From assembly GCA_964442385.1 (NCBI GenBank), contig CAYTYZ010000006.1, positions 1 to 57,877 on the forward strand: DNA of 57,877 nucleotides, read 5' to 3'. This stretch comes from an uncultured Gammaproteobacteria bacterium. Lineage in GTDB: Bacteria; Patescibacteriota; Microgenomatia; UBA12405. Made by a program: the position numbers and the translations under genes. Numbering within the stretch: the stretch's first letter is position 1; every line of letters begins with the position of its first letter. The notes below the pieces were generated by a model. That model did no database searches and was not told the origin of the DNA. It was given only the letters and a program-made list of their open reading frames with translations. Below, one piece after another: positions 26,071 to 34,794 of the stretch.

Positions 26071-27249
26071 ATGCCTGGCCCAAAAAAAATATTAATTATA
26101 GGCGGTGGTTTTGTTGGGGTTGCCCTGGCCAAAGATTTGCTGTCAGAATCTCTACCAGATACTGAAATAACTTTGGTTTCAAGTAATCCTAATTTTGAAT
26201 ATCACGCAGCCTTGTACAGGGTCGTTACCGGGCGTTCTCCCAAGCAAGTCAGTATCCCTCTAAAAACTATTTTTAAAAACAGAAAAATTAACCTAATAAC
26301 TGACCGGATAAATACTCTGGATTTTAAAAAACAAACAGCAACCGGTGACTCAAAAACTATTTATTACTACGATTACTTAGTTTTGGCTCCAGGAAGTCAA
26401 ACTGCCTATTATGGTATCCCAGGTATCAGACAAAACTCATTCCCTTTAAAGTCTCTACATGATGCCCAAATTCTTAACAGGCACTTAAGTGATATGGCTG
26501 GAACCTGTCGACTAGATCCCAAAAATTCTCTCCACATAGTTATAGTTGGGGGTGGTGCTACAGGAGTTGAGCTGGCAGGGGAGATTGGTGGTTACATGAA
26601 AAAACTAGTATGTCGCCATCACTATAATTGCTCTTGCTTAAAAATAGATCTTATTGAATGTGGCCCAAAAGTTTTATCTCCTTTTGGGCCAAAAGTAACC
26701 GAGCTTGCTACTAGACGTCTCCAGTCTCTTGGGGTAAATATACTCGAAAACACGCATATTACCAAAGAAAATACTCATGGATTAATTACAGACAAAGGCA
26801 AGTTTTCTGCCAAAACAGTAATTTGGGTGGCTGGAATTATCGGACATGCCTTGTTTAAAAATACCTCTGGCCTAAAGCTACAACCCAATGGCAAAATAGA
26901 GCTAGGTCCTAATTTATCATTGCCCAATTATTCCAATGTTTATGTTGGTGGCGACAATGCGGCCACACCAGATTCTGGCAATGCCCTTTCAGCTCTTTCC
27001 CATGGGCACTTTATCGCCGGTGAAATTATCGCGTCTTTTTACAATTACCCCAGTCAAGCCTACAAGCCAATCCTTGCCCCTTATTCTGTTCCAGTAGGCC
27101 CTCGTTGGGCTATTTCCAAGCTTGGCCCTTTTATTACCACTGGTCCACTTGGTTGGTTGGTGCGACGTTCTATCGATCTTTGGTTTTTTACTTCTATTCT
27201 TCCCCTTAACATAGCCTGGTGGGTATTCAAAAGGGACAAATCTTTGTAG
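26071..27249 (+). CDS. FAD/NAD(P)-dependent oxidoreductase, type-II NADH dehydrogenase-like
   Basis: Start refined to MPGPKKILIIGGGFVGVA. A second dinucleotide motif is IVIVGGGATGVELAGE, and GGD is present. Confidence 0.7.
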   Translation: MPGPKKILIIGGGFVGVALAKDLLSESLPDTEITLVSSNPNFEYHAALYRVVTGRSPKQVSIPLKTIFKNRKINLITDRINTLDFKKQTATGDSKTIYYYDYLVLAPGSQTAYYGIPGIRQNSFPLKSLHDAQILNRHLSDMAGTCRLDPKNSLHIVIVGGGATGVELAGEIGGYMKKLVCRHHYNCSCLKIDLIECGPKVLSPFGPKVTELATRRLQSLGVNILENTHITKENTHGLITDKGKFSAKTVIWVAGIIGHALFKNTSGLKLQPNGKIELGPNLSLPNYSNVYVGGDNAATPDSGNALSALSHGHFIAGEIIASFYNYPSQAYKPILAPYSVPVGPRWAISKLGPFITTGPLGWLVRRSIDLWFFTSILPLNIAWWVFKRDKSL

Positions 27250-27257
27250 ACTTAATT

Positions 27258-27602
27258 ATGATTAAAACTGCTCCAGCCTCTTCAGATGACAGATTTTTGG
27301 CCATTGCTTCTCATCTTGGCGGGTTACTGGTAAGTTTTGCAGTCCCCTTAATTATTTGGCTAATAGCAAAAGAAAGCCCAACATTACGTTTTGCCTCCTC
27401 TCATGCCAAAGAAGCCTTAAACTATCAGATTACTTTTATAATAGTCATGATTGTGGGCATTTTTCTTTGTTTAATCTTGATTGGAATTCCAATCTTATTC
27501 GTACTGTTTATTTTAAACATAATATGGTCTATTCAAGCAACGGTTGCCGCATCCAATAATCAAGACTTTAAATATCCACTAAATTTTCGCTTAATTAACT
27601 AA
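27258..27602 (+). CDS. DUF4870 membrane protein, copy 1
   Basis: Start refined to MIKTAPASSDDRFLAIASHLGG. SHAKEALNYQITF and the terminal YPLNFRLIN are present. Confidence 0.75.
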   Translation: MIKTAPASSDDRFLAIASHLGGLLVSFAVPLIIWLIAKESPTLRFASSHAKEALNYQITFIIVMIVGIFLCLILIGIPILFVLFILNIIWSIQATVAASNNQDFKYPLNFRLIN

Positions 27603-27652
27603 ACAATCTTTTGACTATATTCAAGATAGTTAAACTGAGTTAATATGAATAT

Positions 27653-27988
27653 ATGACAACAGAAACCCAACCAACTGCCAGCCTTAATTTAGATAGTAAG
27701 TCCATGGTGCTGCTAACCCATCTCAGCGGTATATTAGTATCTTTTGTTGGACCATTGGTGATCTATTTAATGTACAAAGATAAAAAAGAATCACAGGACT
27801 TGGTATCCCATGCCAAAGATGCACTAAATTTCCAAATTGTTATGGCCATCGCTTATGCTGTGTCCTCAGTACTTAATCTGTACGGTATAATCTGGTTGGT
27901 AAATATTGTTTTTTGTATAAAAGTTGCTATGGATATTTCCAACAAAAAACCCTATAGCTATCCCTTCAATCTGAAATTAATCAAATAG
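27653..27988 (+). CDS. DUF4870 membrane protein, copy 2
   Basis: LTHLSGIL..SHAKDALNFQIV..YPFNLKLIK; a tandem paralog of copy 1. Confidence 0.75.
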   Translation: MTTETQPTASLNLDSKSMVLLTHLSGILVSFVGPLVIYLMYKDKKESQDLVSHAKDALNFQIVMAIAYAVSSVLNLYGIIWLVNIVFCIKVAMDISNKKPYSYPFNLKLIK

Positions 27989-27993
27989 TCTAA

Positions 27994-29712
27994 ATGACAG
28001 ATCCTGCCCCAAAGGTGTTTACATTCAAGCTAGGCGGTGAAGCTGGTAATGGCATTATGGCTGCTGGGTTAACTTTTTCCAAACTGGCCACCCGGTCTGG
28101 TTATCATATCTTCAACTACACAGAATATCCCTCACTCATTCGCGGAGGTCATAATGTAATGCAAACTAGCATTAGTACATCGCCTGTTTTTAGCCAATAT
28201 GCCTCTACTGATTTTTTAGTGGCTTTTAATCAAGAAACCGTATCTTTGCACAAAGACGAGCTCACTCCTGAGGCTTACGTAGTTTATGACTCTAGCTTGG
28301 ATATTAAAGTAGATGGTCTTACTCAAAGATGTTTTGGGATACCACTTACCGAATTAGTAAAAAAAGCCAATGGTTCCATGGTAATGCGCAACGCAGCGGC
28401 TCTTTCTGCTGCCATCACCCTTATGGGAGGATCTCTAGAAATTTTTGCTCAAATCCTTGATGAGGAACTTGGCGGTAAAAAAGAATTAATTAGAGAAATG
28501 AACCACCGGATTATCGATGCTGCCAAAGACTATGTTATAGCTAATTATGCCCAGGATATACAAAAAACCTTAAATGTTTTACCAGATACTAAACCACAGA
28601 TAGTGGCCACAGGCAATGAAGCTGCTGCCCTGGGATCTCTGTATGGTGGAATGAATTTTTTTAGTGTTTATCCAATGACCCCAACTTCCAACATCATGCA
28701 TTATCTGGCCCCACTCCAACATGACTATGGCTTCATTTATAAACAACCCGAAGATGAAATTTCGGCCATAAATATGGCTCTAGGAGCTAGTTTTGCCGGT
28801 GCTCGCGCCATGGTAGCCACTTCTGGAGGTGGTTTTTGTCTTATGTCAGAAGGTCTTGGCTTGTCTGGCATTACTGAAACGCCAATTGTAATTATCGAAG
28901 GTATGCGCGGCTCGCCTGCTACAGGCCTTCCAACCTGGACTGAGCAAGGTGACTTGAGATTTGTACTTCACGCGCATCAAGGGGACTTCCCTAGAATTGT
29001 TTTAGCCCCTGGTGACACACGAGAGGTTTTTCAGTGTATAGCCGATGCCTTTAACTTGGCAGATATTTATCAATGCCCGGTTATTGTGCTTTTGGACAAA
29101 TATTTGTGTGAAAGTCATATTTCGACACCTGCTTTTTCCTATCCAGGTTATGCAATCAATCGAGGTAAATTAGTGACAAGTAAACAGGATAATTATGCTC
29201 GTTATGCTCTATCTGAGGATGGAATTTCTCCTCGTTCACTTCCGGGAGTGGGTAACTTTTCTCCAGCAAACTCAGACGAGCACAATACTCTAGGCTACTC
29301 AGTCGAAGATTCTAAAAATAGACTGGACCAAATGAACAAACGAATGCAAAAAATAACCACCTGTGCAAATGATCACATGCAAGATCCAGTTCTACATGGC
29401 GATCCAAATGCTCCTATCACAATTGTCTCGTGGGGTAGCAACAAGGGTCCAATTTGCGAAGCTTTAAAAAAAGTAACTCATGCTAACTTTTTACAGCTTA
29501 CTTGGCTCAATCCTTTTCCTGTTGAGGCTGTTACCAAATATCTAAAAAACGCCAAACATATCGTCAACCTAGAATGCAATTACTCTGGCCAAATGGGCGG
29601 CTATTTGCGGGAAAAAACCGGCCTGAATATTACCCACAACTTCCTTAAATATGATGGCCGACCTTTTAATCCTGAAGAAATAGTTACCAAATTAAACAGC
29701 CTAAAATTTTAA
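27994..29712 (+). CDS. korA: 2-oxoacid:ferredoxin oxidoreductase, alpha subunit (gamma-alpha fusion type)
   Basis: GGEAGNGIMAAG is the gamma-like N-terminus, followed by GNEAAALGSLYGGMNFFSVYPMTPTS and EDEISAINMALGASFAG. Confidence 0.85.
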   Translation: MTDPAPKVFTFKLGGEAGNGIMAAGLTFSKLATRSGYHIFNYTEYPSLIRGGHNVMQTSISTSPVFSQYASTDFLVAFNQETVSLHKDELTPEAYVVYDSSLDIKVDGLTQRCFGIPLTELVKKANGSMVMRNAAALSAAITLMGGSLEIFAQILDEELGGKKELIREMNHRIIDAAKDYVIANYAQDIQKTLNVLPDTKPQIVATGNEAAALGSLYGGMNFFSVYPMTPTSNIMHYLAPLQHDYGFIYKQPEDEISAINMALGASFAGARAMVATSGGGFCLMSEGLGLSGITETPIVIIEGMRGSPATGLPTWTEQGDLRFVLHAHQGDFPRIVLAPGDTREVFQCIADAFNLADIYQCPVIVLLDKYLCESHISTPAFSYPGYAINRGKLVTSKQDNYARYALSEDGISPRSLPGVGNFSPANSDEHNTLGYSVEDSKNRLDQMNKRMQKITTCANDHMQDPVLHGDPNAPITIVSWGSNKGPICEALKKVTHANFLQLTWLNPFPVEAVTKYLKNAKHIVNLECNYSGQMGGYLREKTGLNITHNFLKYDGRPFNPEEIVTKLNSLKF

Positions 29713-30545
29713 TGCCAACTTATACAAATTTAAATACTCTCAATACGCCCACCTGGTGTCCAGGCTGTGGAGATTTTGGTATATGGACAGCTTTCAAGCA
29801 AGCCGCCGAGTCACAGCTTTGGGATGATACCAACACTTTTCTAACCGCTGGTATAGGCTGCCATGGTCATATTTTAAATTATCTAAAAATTTCTAGTTTT
29901 GAAGGACTTCATGGGCGAGATTTAGCTCTAGCTTCCGGTGTGAAATTGGCCAACCCCTCTCTTAACGTATTCACTTTTACTGGTGACGGTAATTGCCTTT
30001 CAGAAGGAGGCAATCATTTTATCCATACAGCAAGACGTAACCATAACATTACAGTTATTTTACATGATAATGCTATTTATGGCCTAACTACAGGTCAAAC
30101 ATCTCCCAGAACCCCCAAGGGTATGGTTACTAAATCCAATCCAGAAGGTGCCTTTGACGAGCCCTTAAACCCGCTTTCTATGGCTATTGCAGCCGGGGCC
30201 ACCTTTGTTGCTCGTTGTTATTCTGGTGACATTGAATATTTGTCCGAATTGATAATTAAAGCCAATGCTCATCCTGGATTTGCCCTAATAGATGTTCTTC
30301 AACCCTGTGTCACTTTCAACAAAACTTACTCTCACTTTTTTTATCAAAAAAATATTTATAGACTAGGTGATGACCACGATAAAACTAATAAAGTTGGTGC
30401 CTTTACTAAGTCACTTGAGTGGGGAGAGTCTGCAATTCCTACCGGTATCTTTTATGAAGTTATAGCCCCAACTGCCGAGGAGCATTATGGCCCAACCAAG
30501 ATCGAAGTCCGCGATCTTAACGCTCTTTTTCAAAAGCTAGTATAA
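29712..30545 (+). CDS. korB: 2-oxoacid:ferredoxin oxidoreductase, beta subunit (TPP-binding)
   Basis: WCPGCGDFGI and TGDGNC..GGNHF..NNAIYGLTTGQ. A TAATG overlap links it to korA. Confidence 0.85.
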   Translation: MPTYTNLNTLNTPTWCPGCGDFGIWTAFKQAAESQLWDDTNTFLTAGIGCHGHILNYLKISSFEGLHGRDLALASGVKLANPSLNVFTFTGDGNCLSEGGNHFIHTARRNHNITVILHDNAIYGLTTGQTSPRTPKGMVTKSNPEGAFDEPLNPLSMAIAAGATFVARCYSGDIEYLSELIIKANAHPGFALIDVLQPCVTFNKTYSHFFYQKNIYRLGDDHDKTNKVGAFTKSLEWGESAIPTGIFYEVIAPTAEEHYGPTKIEVRDLNALFQKLV

Positions 30546-30551
30546 TACTGC

Positions 30552-31094
30552 ATGTCTTCAAAAGAAGTTGCGCAAAATAACAAGGATAAAAAACGTAAAG
30601 AATTTCTAGAAGGTCTACCAATTATTGCGCTTGAAATTGGGGGACAATCAGGTCCAGAATTACTCGAGCAACTTAAATTAAAAGGTATAAAAACTAGTCC
30701 TAACGTCGATTTTATTCTTAAGAGCCCAGAATTTATCCATCATCAAATTCCACAAGAACAAACTTTTGGCCTAGTACCAGTATCCAAGCTTTTAGGAAAC
30801 GAAGAGGGTGGTACAACAGATGAGATAAACTCAGCCCTGGATCAACTCGGACTGTCTATGTGCCCAAGAGAAGCCGGCGTGGAGTTGATGCTACAAATAC
30901 CGAATGCTGCCAAGGGTGTTTGGATTACTGTCTTAACGCCATCGACTCAAGACCAATTTGGTGCAGATTGTTTTCTCGTCGTTAGTGAAAAAGAGGGAAT
31001 CAAGTCAAGTGCTGAATATCCACCAGATTTGGACGAAAACTACAATATCATTCCTTGGTCTGGCAGCACCCAAGTATTAGTCCGTCTTAGCTAA
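30552..31094 (+). CDS. Hypothetical protein
   Basis: 180-aa ORF immediately downstream of korB; no motif recognised. Confidence 0.45.
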   Translation: MSSKEVAQNNKDKKRKEFLEGLPIIALEIGGQSGPELLEQLKLKGIKTSPNVDFILKSPEFIHHQIPQEQTFGLVPVSKLLGNEEGGTTDEINSALDQLGLSMCPREAGVELMLQIPNAAKGVWITVLTPSTQDQFGADCFLVVSEKEGIKSSAEYPPDLDENYNIIPWSGSTQVLVRLS

Positions 31095-31528
31095 ATCTTT
31101 TTTGCCCACTCTCTGGCTTGCTCGATGTTTTCTTCCAAATGAAAAAAGAAATGGTTTATTCGTAGTGACTCGCAGTATTTACTAACATTTTTCTCTCCCA
31201 TAATTTTTTCCATTTCATCTACTGCCCCGCAATATTGCAGATAAGACCGATCCCCACAGCCATAAAAAGCAAATTTCTGCCCATTTAAATAACTTAGTTT
31301 ACCCATGAATTCCAACATAAATTCGTGTGGTTGACCTTCCTTTTCATTTACATACCAAGAAGGGGACCCCAATATTACTAAATCTTTTTCAACCATGTCC
31401 TGCTCATTACTGTCTTGGGCTTTTTTAAAGCTAACTTCATGTCCATTCTTTTCCAGTTCTTCTTTAATTATTTTGCCTACTACAAAATTACTCCCGGCAT
31501 TACTTGCATATATGATGGCTACTTTCAT
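31091..31528 (-). CDS. Short-chain flavodoxin
   Basis: MKVAIIYASNAGSNF is the FMN phosphate loop, followed by LGSPSW and YGCGD; 145 aa. Confidence 0.65.
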   Translation of the reverse strand: MKVAIIYASNAGSNFVVGKIIKEELEKNGHEVSFKKAQDSNEQDMVEKDLVILGSPSWYVNEKEGQPHEFMLEFMGKLSYLNGQKFAFYGCGDRSYLQYCGAVDEMEKIMGEKNVSKYCESLRINHFFFHLEENIEQAREWAKKI

Positions 31529-31590
31529 TAATTAATCATACAGAACTCTTTAATACCAATCTAGAAGCGAAAACTAAGTTAAAATTATAT

Positions 31591-31935
31591 ATGTCAGAAG
31601 TAATTGAGCTATCTCCTAGATGTCCAGTGTGCCACATGGAAGTTAAAGCTACTGATTATTTTTGTTTTAACTGTGGCAAGTCGCTCCATCCAGTGCCACT
31701 ATCAACTTCGACCAAAGACCAAGCTATTTTATATATTAAGTCCGCCCTACTGCCACCTTTGGGGATTTTCTGGGGATTAAAATATTTCCGTCAGCCAGAT
31801 ACCAAATCTAAAATAGTTGGCGCTATAGCCATAATATTAACTTTTCTAATTATTTTATACGCCATAAAGTTCACCCAAGATTTATTTTTCAATCTAACTA
31901 ATCAAATCAACAGTCAGCTTAATAGTTCTTTTTAA
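31591..31935 (+). CDS. Zinc-ribbon membrane protein
   Basis: CPVCHMEVKATDYFCFNCG followed by two TM helices. Confidence 0.55.
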   Translation: MSEVIELSPRCPVCHMEVKATDYFCFNCGKSLHPVPLSTSTKDQAILYIKSALLPPLGIFWGLKYFRQPDTKSKIVGAIAIILTFLIILYAIKFTQDLFFNLTNQINSQLNSSF

Positions 31936-31956
31936 TATGTTAAATTATATAAATAT

Positions 31957-32586
31957 ATGAGTCGACCAACTAGAGAAATTATTACCGGAATAACTGGACC
32001 AATGAAATCTGGCAAGACTGGACAGCTTATCGAACTTGCTACCATCGCTAAAATAGTAGGTAAAAATGTCCAAGTCTTCAAGCCAGACATAGACACTCGG
32101 TTCTTGTCAACAGAGATAAGATCACGAAACGGTGCTTCTATTCCAGCCTTACCCATTGCACGCGCAAAAGACATCATGGGCCTATTACGCCGAGATACTG
32201 ACTTGGTGGTTCTTGATGAGGCACAGTTTTTAGATGCTGGTTTATTAAATGTTGTTTTATGTCTAACAGAAGAAAAAGGTATCGAATTCGCCTTTTCGGC
32301 CTTAAAAACGGATTTTAGAGGTGAACCATTTCCTACCACTTCTTTACTTTTACCCATAGCAACCAGACTAGTGACTGTTTATGGATCCTGCGAACATCGA
32401 GCAAATTTTGCTCGAAAAAAATGTGGAGAACCAGCCTCCATGACTCAAAGATTAGTAAATGGCAGGGTTGCCTCTTACAATGATCCAGTTCTACATGTAG
32501 AAAAAACCGGCGAAGAGATAACTTATCAGGCTCGGTGCTACAAGCATTGGGATGTAAAAAATCTTCCAAATAGGCAGATTCGTTAG
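31957..32586 (+). CDS. tdk: Thymidine kinase
   Basis: ITGPMKSGKTGQLIE is the P-loop, VLDEAQF follows, and a C-terminal Cys cluster (CEHR..C..C) is present. Confidence 0.85.
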   Translation: MSRPTREIITGITGPMKSGKTGQLIELATIAKIVGKNVQVFKPDIDTRFLSTEIRSRNGASIPALPIARAKDIMGLLRRDTDLVVLDEAQFLDAGLLNVVLCLTEEKGIEFAFSALKTDFRGEPFPTTSLLLPIATRLVTVYGSCEHRANFARKKCGEPASMTQRLVNGRVASYNDPVLHVEKTGEEITYQARCYKHWDVKNLPNRQIR

Positions 32587-32918
32587 AATTCCCAATTAAA
32601 AATTGCCCGTCTAATTTGCATCCAAATTTTTCCTCCTAATCCAGCGCTTAAATATCTGCTATACCTTTCTTTTTTAACCAAGTCAAAACTTCCAGGAAGT
32701 GGTGGGTCTACCCAGGATGAAACCACCACCCAATTTTCCCTGTCTGCTTTGGCAATAACCTTATAATAATACTGCCCTAGCTTTTTTCTAAACTCTACTA
32801 ATCCATTTTTATTTTCAACTTTTTTATCATAATTAAAGATCGTATTTTCAATATCTTTTTCAAGTATATTTCTAGATAAGATTCTCTCGCTGGCATGCCT
32901 GGTTAGAACTACTTGCAT
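32583..32918 (-). CDS. DUF4258-like small protein
   Basis: MQVVLTRHASERILSRNI..I matches the H..R...R..I opening of DUF4258; 111 aa. Confidence 0.45.
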   Translation of the reverse strand: MQVVLTRHASERILSRNILEKDIENTIFNYDKKVENKNGLVEFRKKLGQYYYKVIAKADRENWVVVSSWVDPPLPGSFDLVKKERYSRYLSAGLGGKIWMQIRRAIFNWEF

Positions 32919-32967
32919 AAGTACTTGTAGTTTATCATTTGCAGGTTTATAAATAATTAACTGCTTT

Positions 32968-34794
32968 ATGAATCCTGCTGCGACAAATATTCGACAAATC
33001 CTTACGGTTTTTTTGCTTCACGACAAGCCCCATGTCTTATACAGAACCATTATCGGAAATCTTTTTTATGCACCACTAATCGATAACGTAATTGATACAA
33101 AAAATAAAAAACAATTAATCTTAAAAGATATCAAGGGTAAAACAGTTACCGATTATTTACATGATGCCAGAATAGTATTTTTGGGAAGTAAATTTGTATT
33201 AACTTATACTACTGTATTAGAAGGCACTAGGCATGCCGTAGTCGCCACTGGAAAAAATATCAATCGTCTATGGGTTGTCCACACCACCGTGTATGATGGC
33301 AGTGCTATCTGTGTGGTTCCTGGCTATATGTTTAAAAAACATACCATCGCATTTTCAGGTAGTGGCTCAGTTGACCTTTCTTTAATAGACCCAACTGGTA
33401 AATTTATTGAACACCTGCATCAGCTTCTTGTCCCTAGAACCGAATTAGTTTTTGACCATCGTATTCGCAAACCCATTGGTGGTATTAAATTAGATATTGG
33501 TGTCGCGCTTTTCTACGACTCCAGTGAAGAAACCGATGACTCTTATCATGTAAAAATTGGCCTAGCCCTTTGTCACACCGAAGATCCCTCAACTTTTGTC
33601 TGTCGTTCGGAAGAAATTCCATATTGGCAAGGACATTTTCAGAAAAATGGTTCGCATCCAGAATGTATTGGGCTTTTCCAAAAAGGCCACCAAGTATATA
33701 TTTACTTCCTACAAAACAATGATCTTTACTCTTTGGTACTAATGCGTCCACTCCCAAGATTTGGTAAAGAAAGCCAAGCTAGTTTAAAACTTGGTCGCCA
33801 CGATGACAACCCAATTTTAAAGCCCAATAAAAAGTTGCCGTGGGAAAGTGAAGCCACCTTTAATCCGGCTGTGTTCGACATAGACGGAAAAATACATCTT
33901 TTTTATAGAGCAATGGGTCCAGATGGGGTTTCTCGAATTGGTTATGCTTGTAGCACCAATGGATATGATCTTGACACTCGTTTGCCCTTCCCTGTCCTTG
34001 ATCCCCACATTACTAAAATCAAAATGTCACGGGAACTTCGCCGTCGCATATATCCCTCTGGGGCCAGTTCCGGAGGGCTTGAAGACCCTCGAAGTGTTAT
34101 TCTCGACGGCCGAGTCTATATTACTTACACCTCCTTTGAGGGGTGGGGTTCTATTCGTATGACTGTAAATTCTATTAGCCTTTCTGATTTGGATAATCAA
34201 ATTTGGAATTGGTCCAAAACAGTTTTTATGTCCAAGCCCGGTGAAATTCACAAAAACTGGATAATCTTTCCCGAAAAAATAAATGGGAAGTATTGCATTT
34301 TGTACTCCATAGCTCCCAAGATTTTAGTCAAGTTTGTCGATACTCTCGATGATTTTGGGCCTAATGGTCTGCAAATTCCCAGACACCATCCTGTGGGAGG
34401 CAACCTAGATTCCTGGGATAATAAACTGCGAGGAGTTGGTCCGCCACCTATAAAAACCAAACTTGGCTGGTTGGTTTTATATCATGCTACTGAAATAAGA
34501 GAGCCCAATAAGTACAAACTTGGGGCCATGATTCTCGACGAAAAAAATCCTACCAAAATCCTGTTTAAATCTCCCAACCCCATTTTAGAACCAGATATGG
34601 ACTACGAAAATAACTGGAAACCAGGGGTAATTTATGCTTCCGGTGCCATAGTCAGAGACGGTAAACTTTTTGTCTATTACGGTGGTGGAGATATGGTAGT
34701 GGCCCTAGCTAGCTGTGCTCTAGACGACCTTCTCTCTCATCTGCAAACCAATCAACCTTTTACGTTAACCAAGGTAAAGAAGTATACAATTTAA
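32968..34794 (+). CDS. GH130-family glycoside phosphorylase/hydrolase with an unknown 270-aa N-terminal domain
   Basis: WESEATFNPAVFDIDGKIHLFYRAMGPDGVSRIGYACSTNG, EDPR, and VIYASGAIVRDGKLFVYYGGGD in the C-terminal 340 aa. Confidence 0.7.
   Translation: MNPAATNIRQILTVFLLHDKPHVLYRTIIGNLFYAPLIDNVIDTKNKKQLILKDIKGKTVTDYLHDARIVFLGSKFVLTYTTVLEGTRHAVVATGKNINRLWVVHTTVYDGSAICVVPGYMFKKHTIAFSGSGSVDLSLIDPTGKFIEHLHQLLVPRTELVFDHRIRKPIGGIKLDIGVALFYDSSEETDDSYHVKIGLALCHTEDPSTFVCRSEEIPYWQGHFQKNGSHPECIGLFQKGHQVYIYFLQNNDLYSLVLMRPLPRFGKESQASLKLGRHDDNPILKPNKKLPWESEATFNPAVFDIDGKIHLFYRAMGPDGVSRIGYACSTNGYDLDTRLPFPVLDPHITKIKMSRELRRRIYPSGASSGGLEDPRSVILDGRVYITYTSFEGWGSIRMTVNSISLSDLDNQIWNWSKTVFMSKPGEIHKNWIIFPEKINGKYCILYSIAPKILVKFVDTLDDFGPNGLQIPRHHPVGGNLDSWDNKLRGVGPPPIKTKLGWLVLYHATEIREPNKYKLGAMILDEKNPTKILFKSPNPILEPDMDYENNWKPGVIYASGAIVRDGKLFVYYGGGDMVVALASCALDDLLSHLQTNQPFTLTKVKKYTI

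Noticed and set aside
32583-32918. The DUF4258-like gene, and separately the RHH-like sORF at 4239..4406, considered as toxin-antitoxin modules.
   Set aside because: Neither has an adjacent partner gene. Each is solitary and flanked by unrelated genes, so I do not call a TA system.
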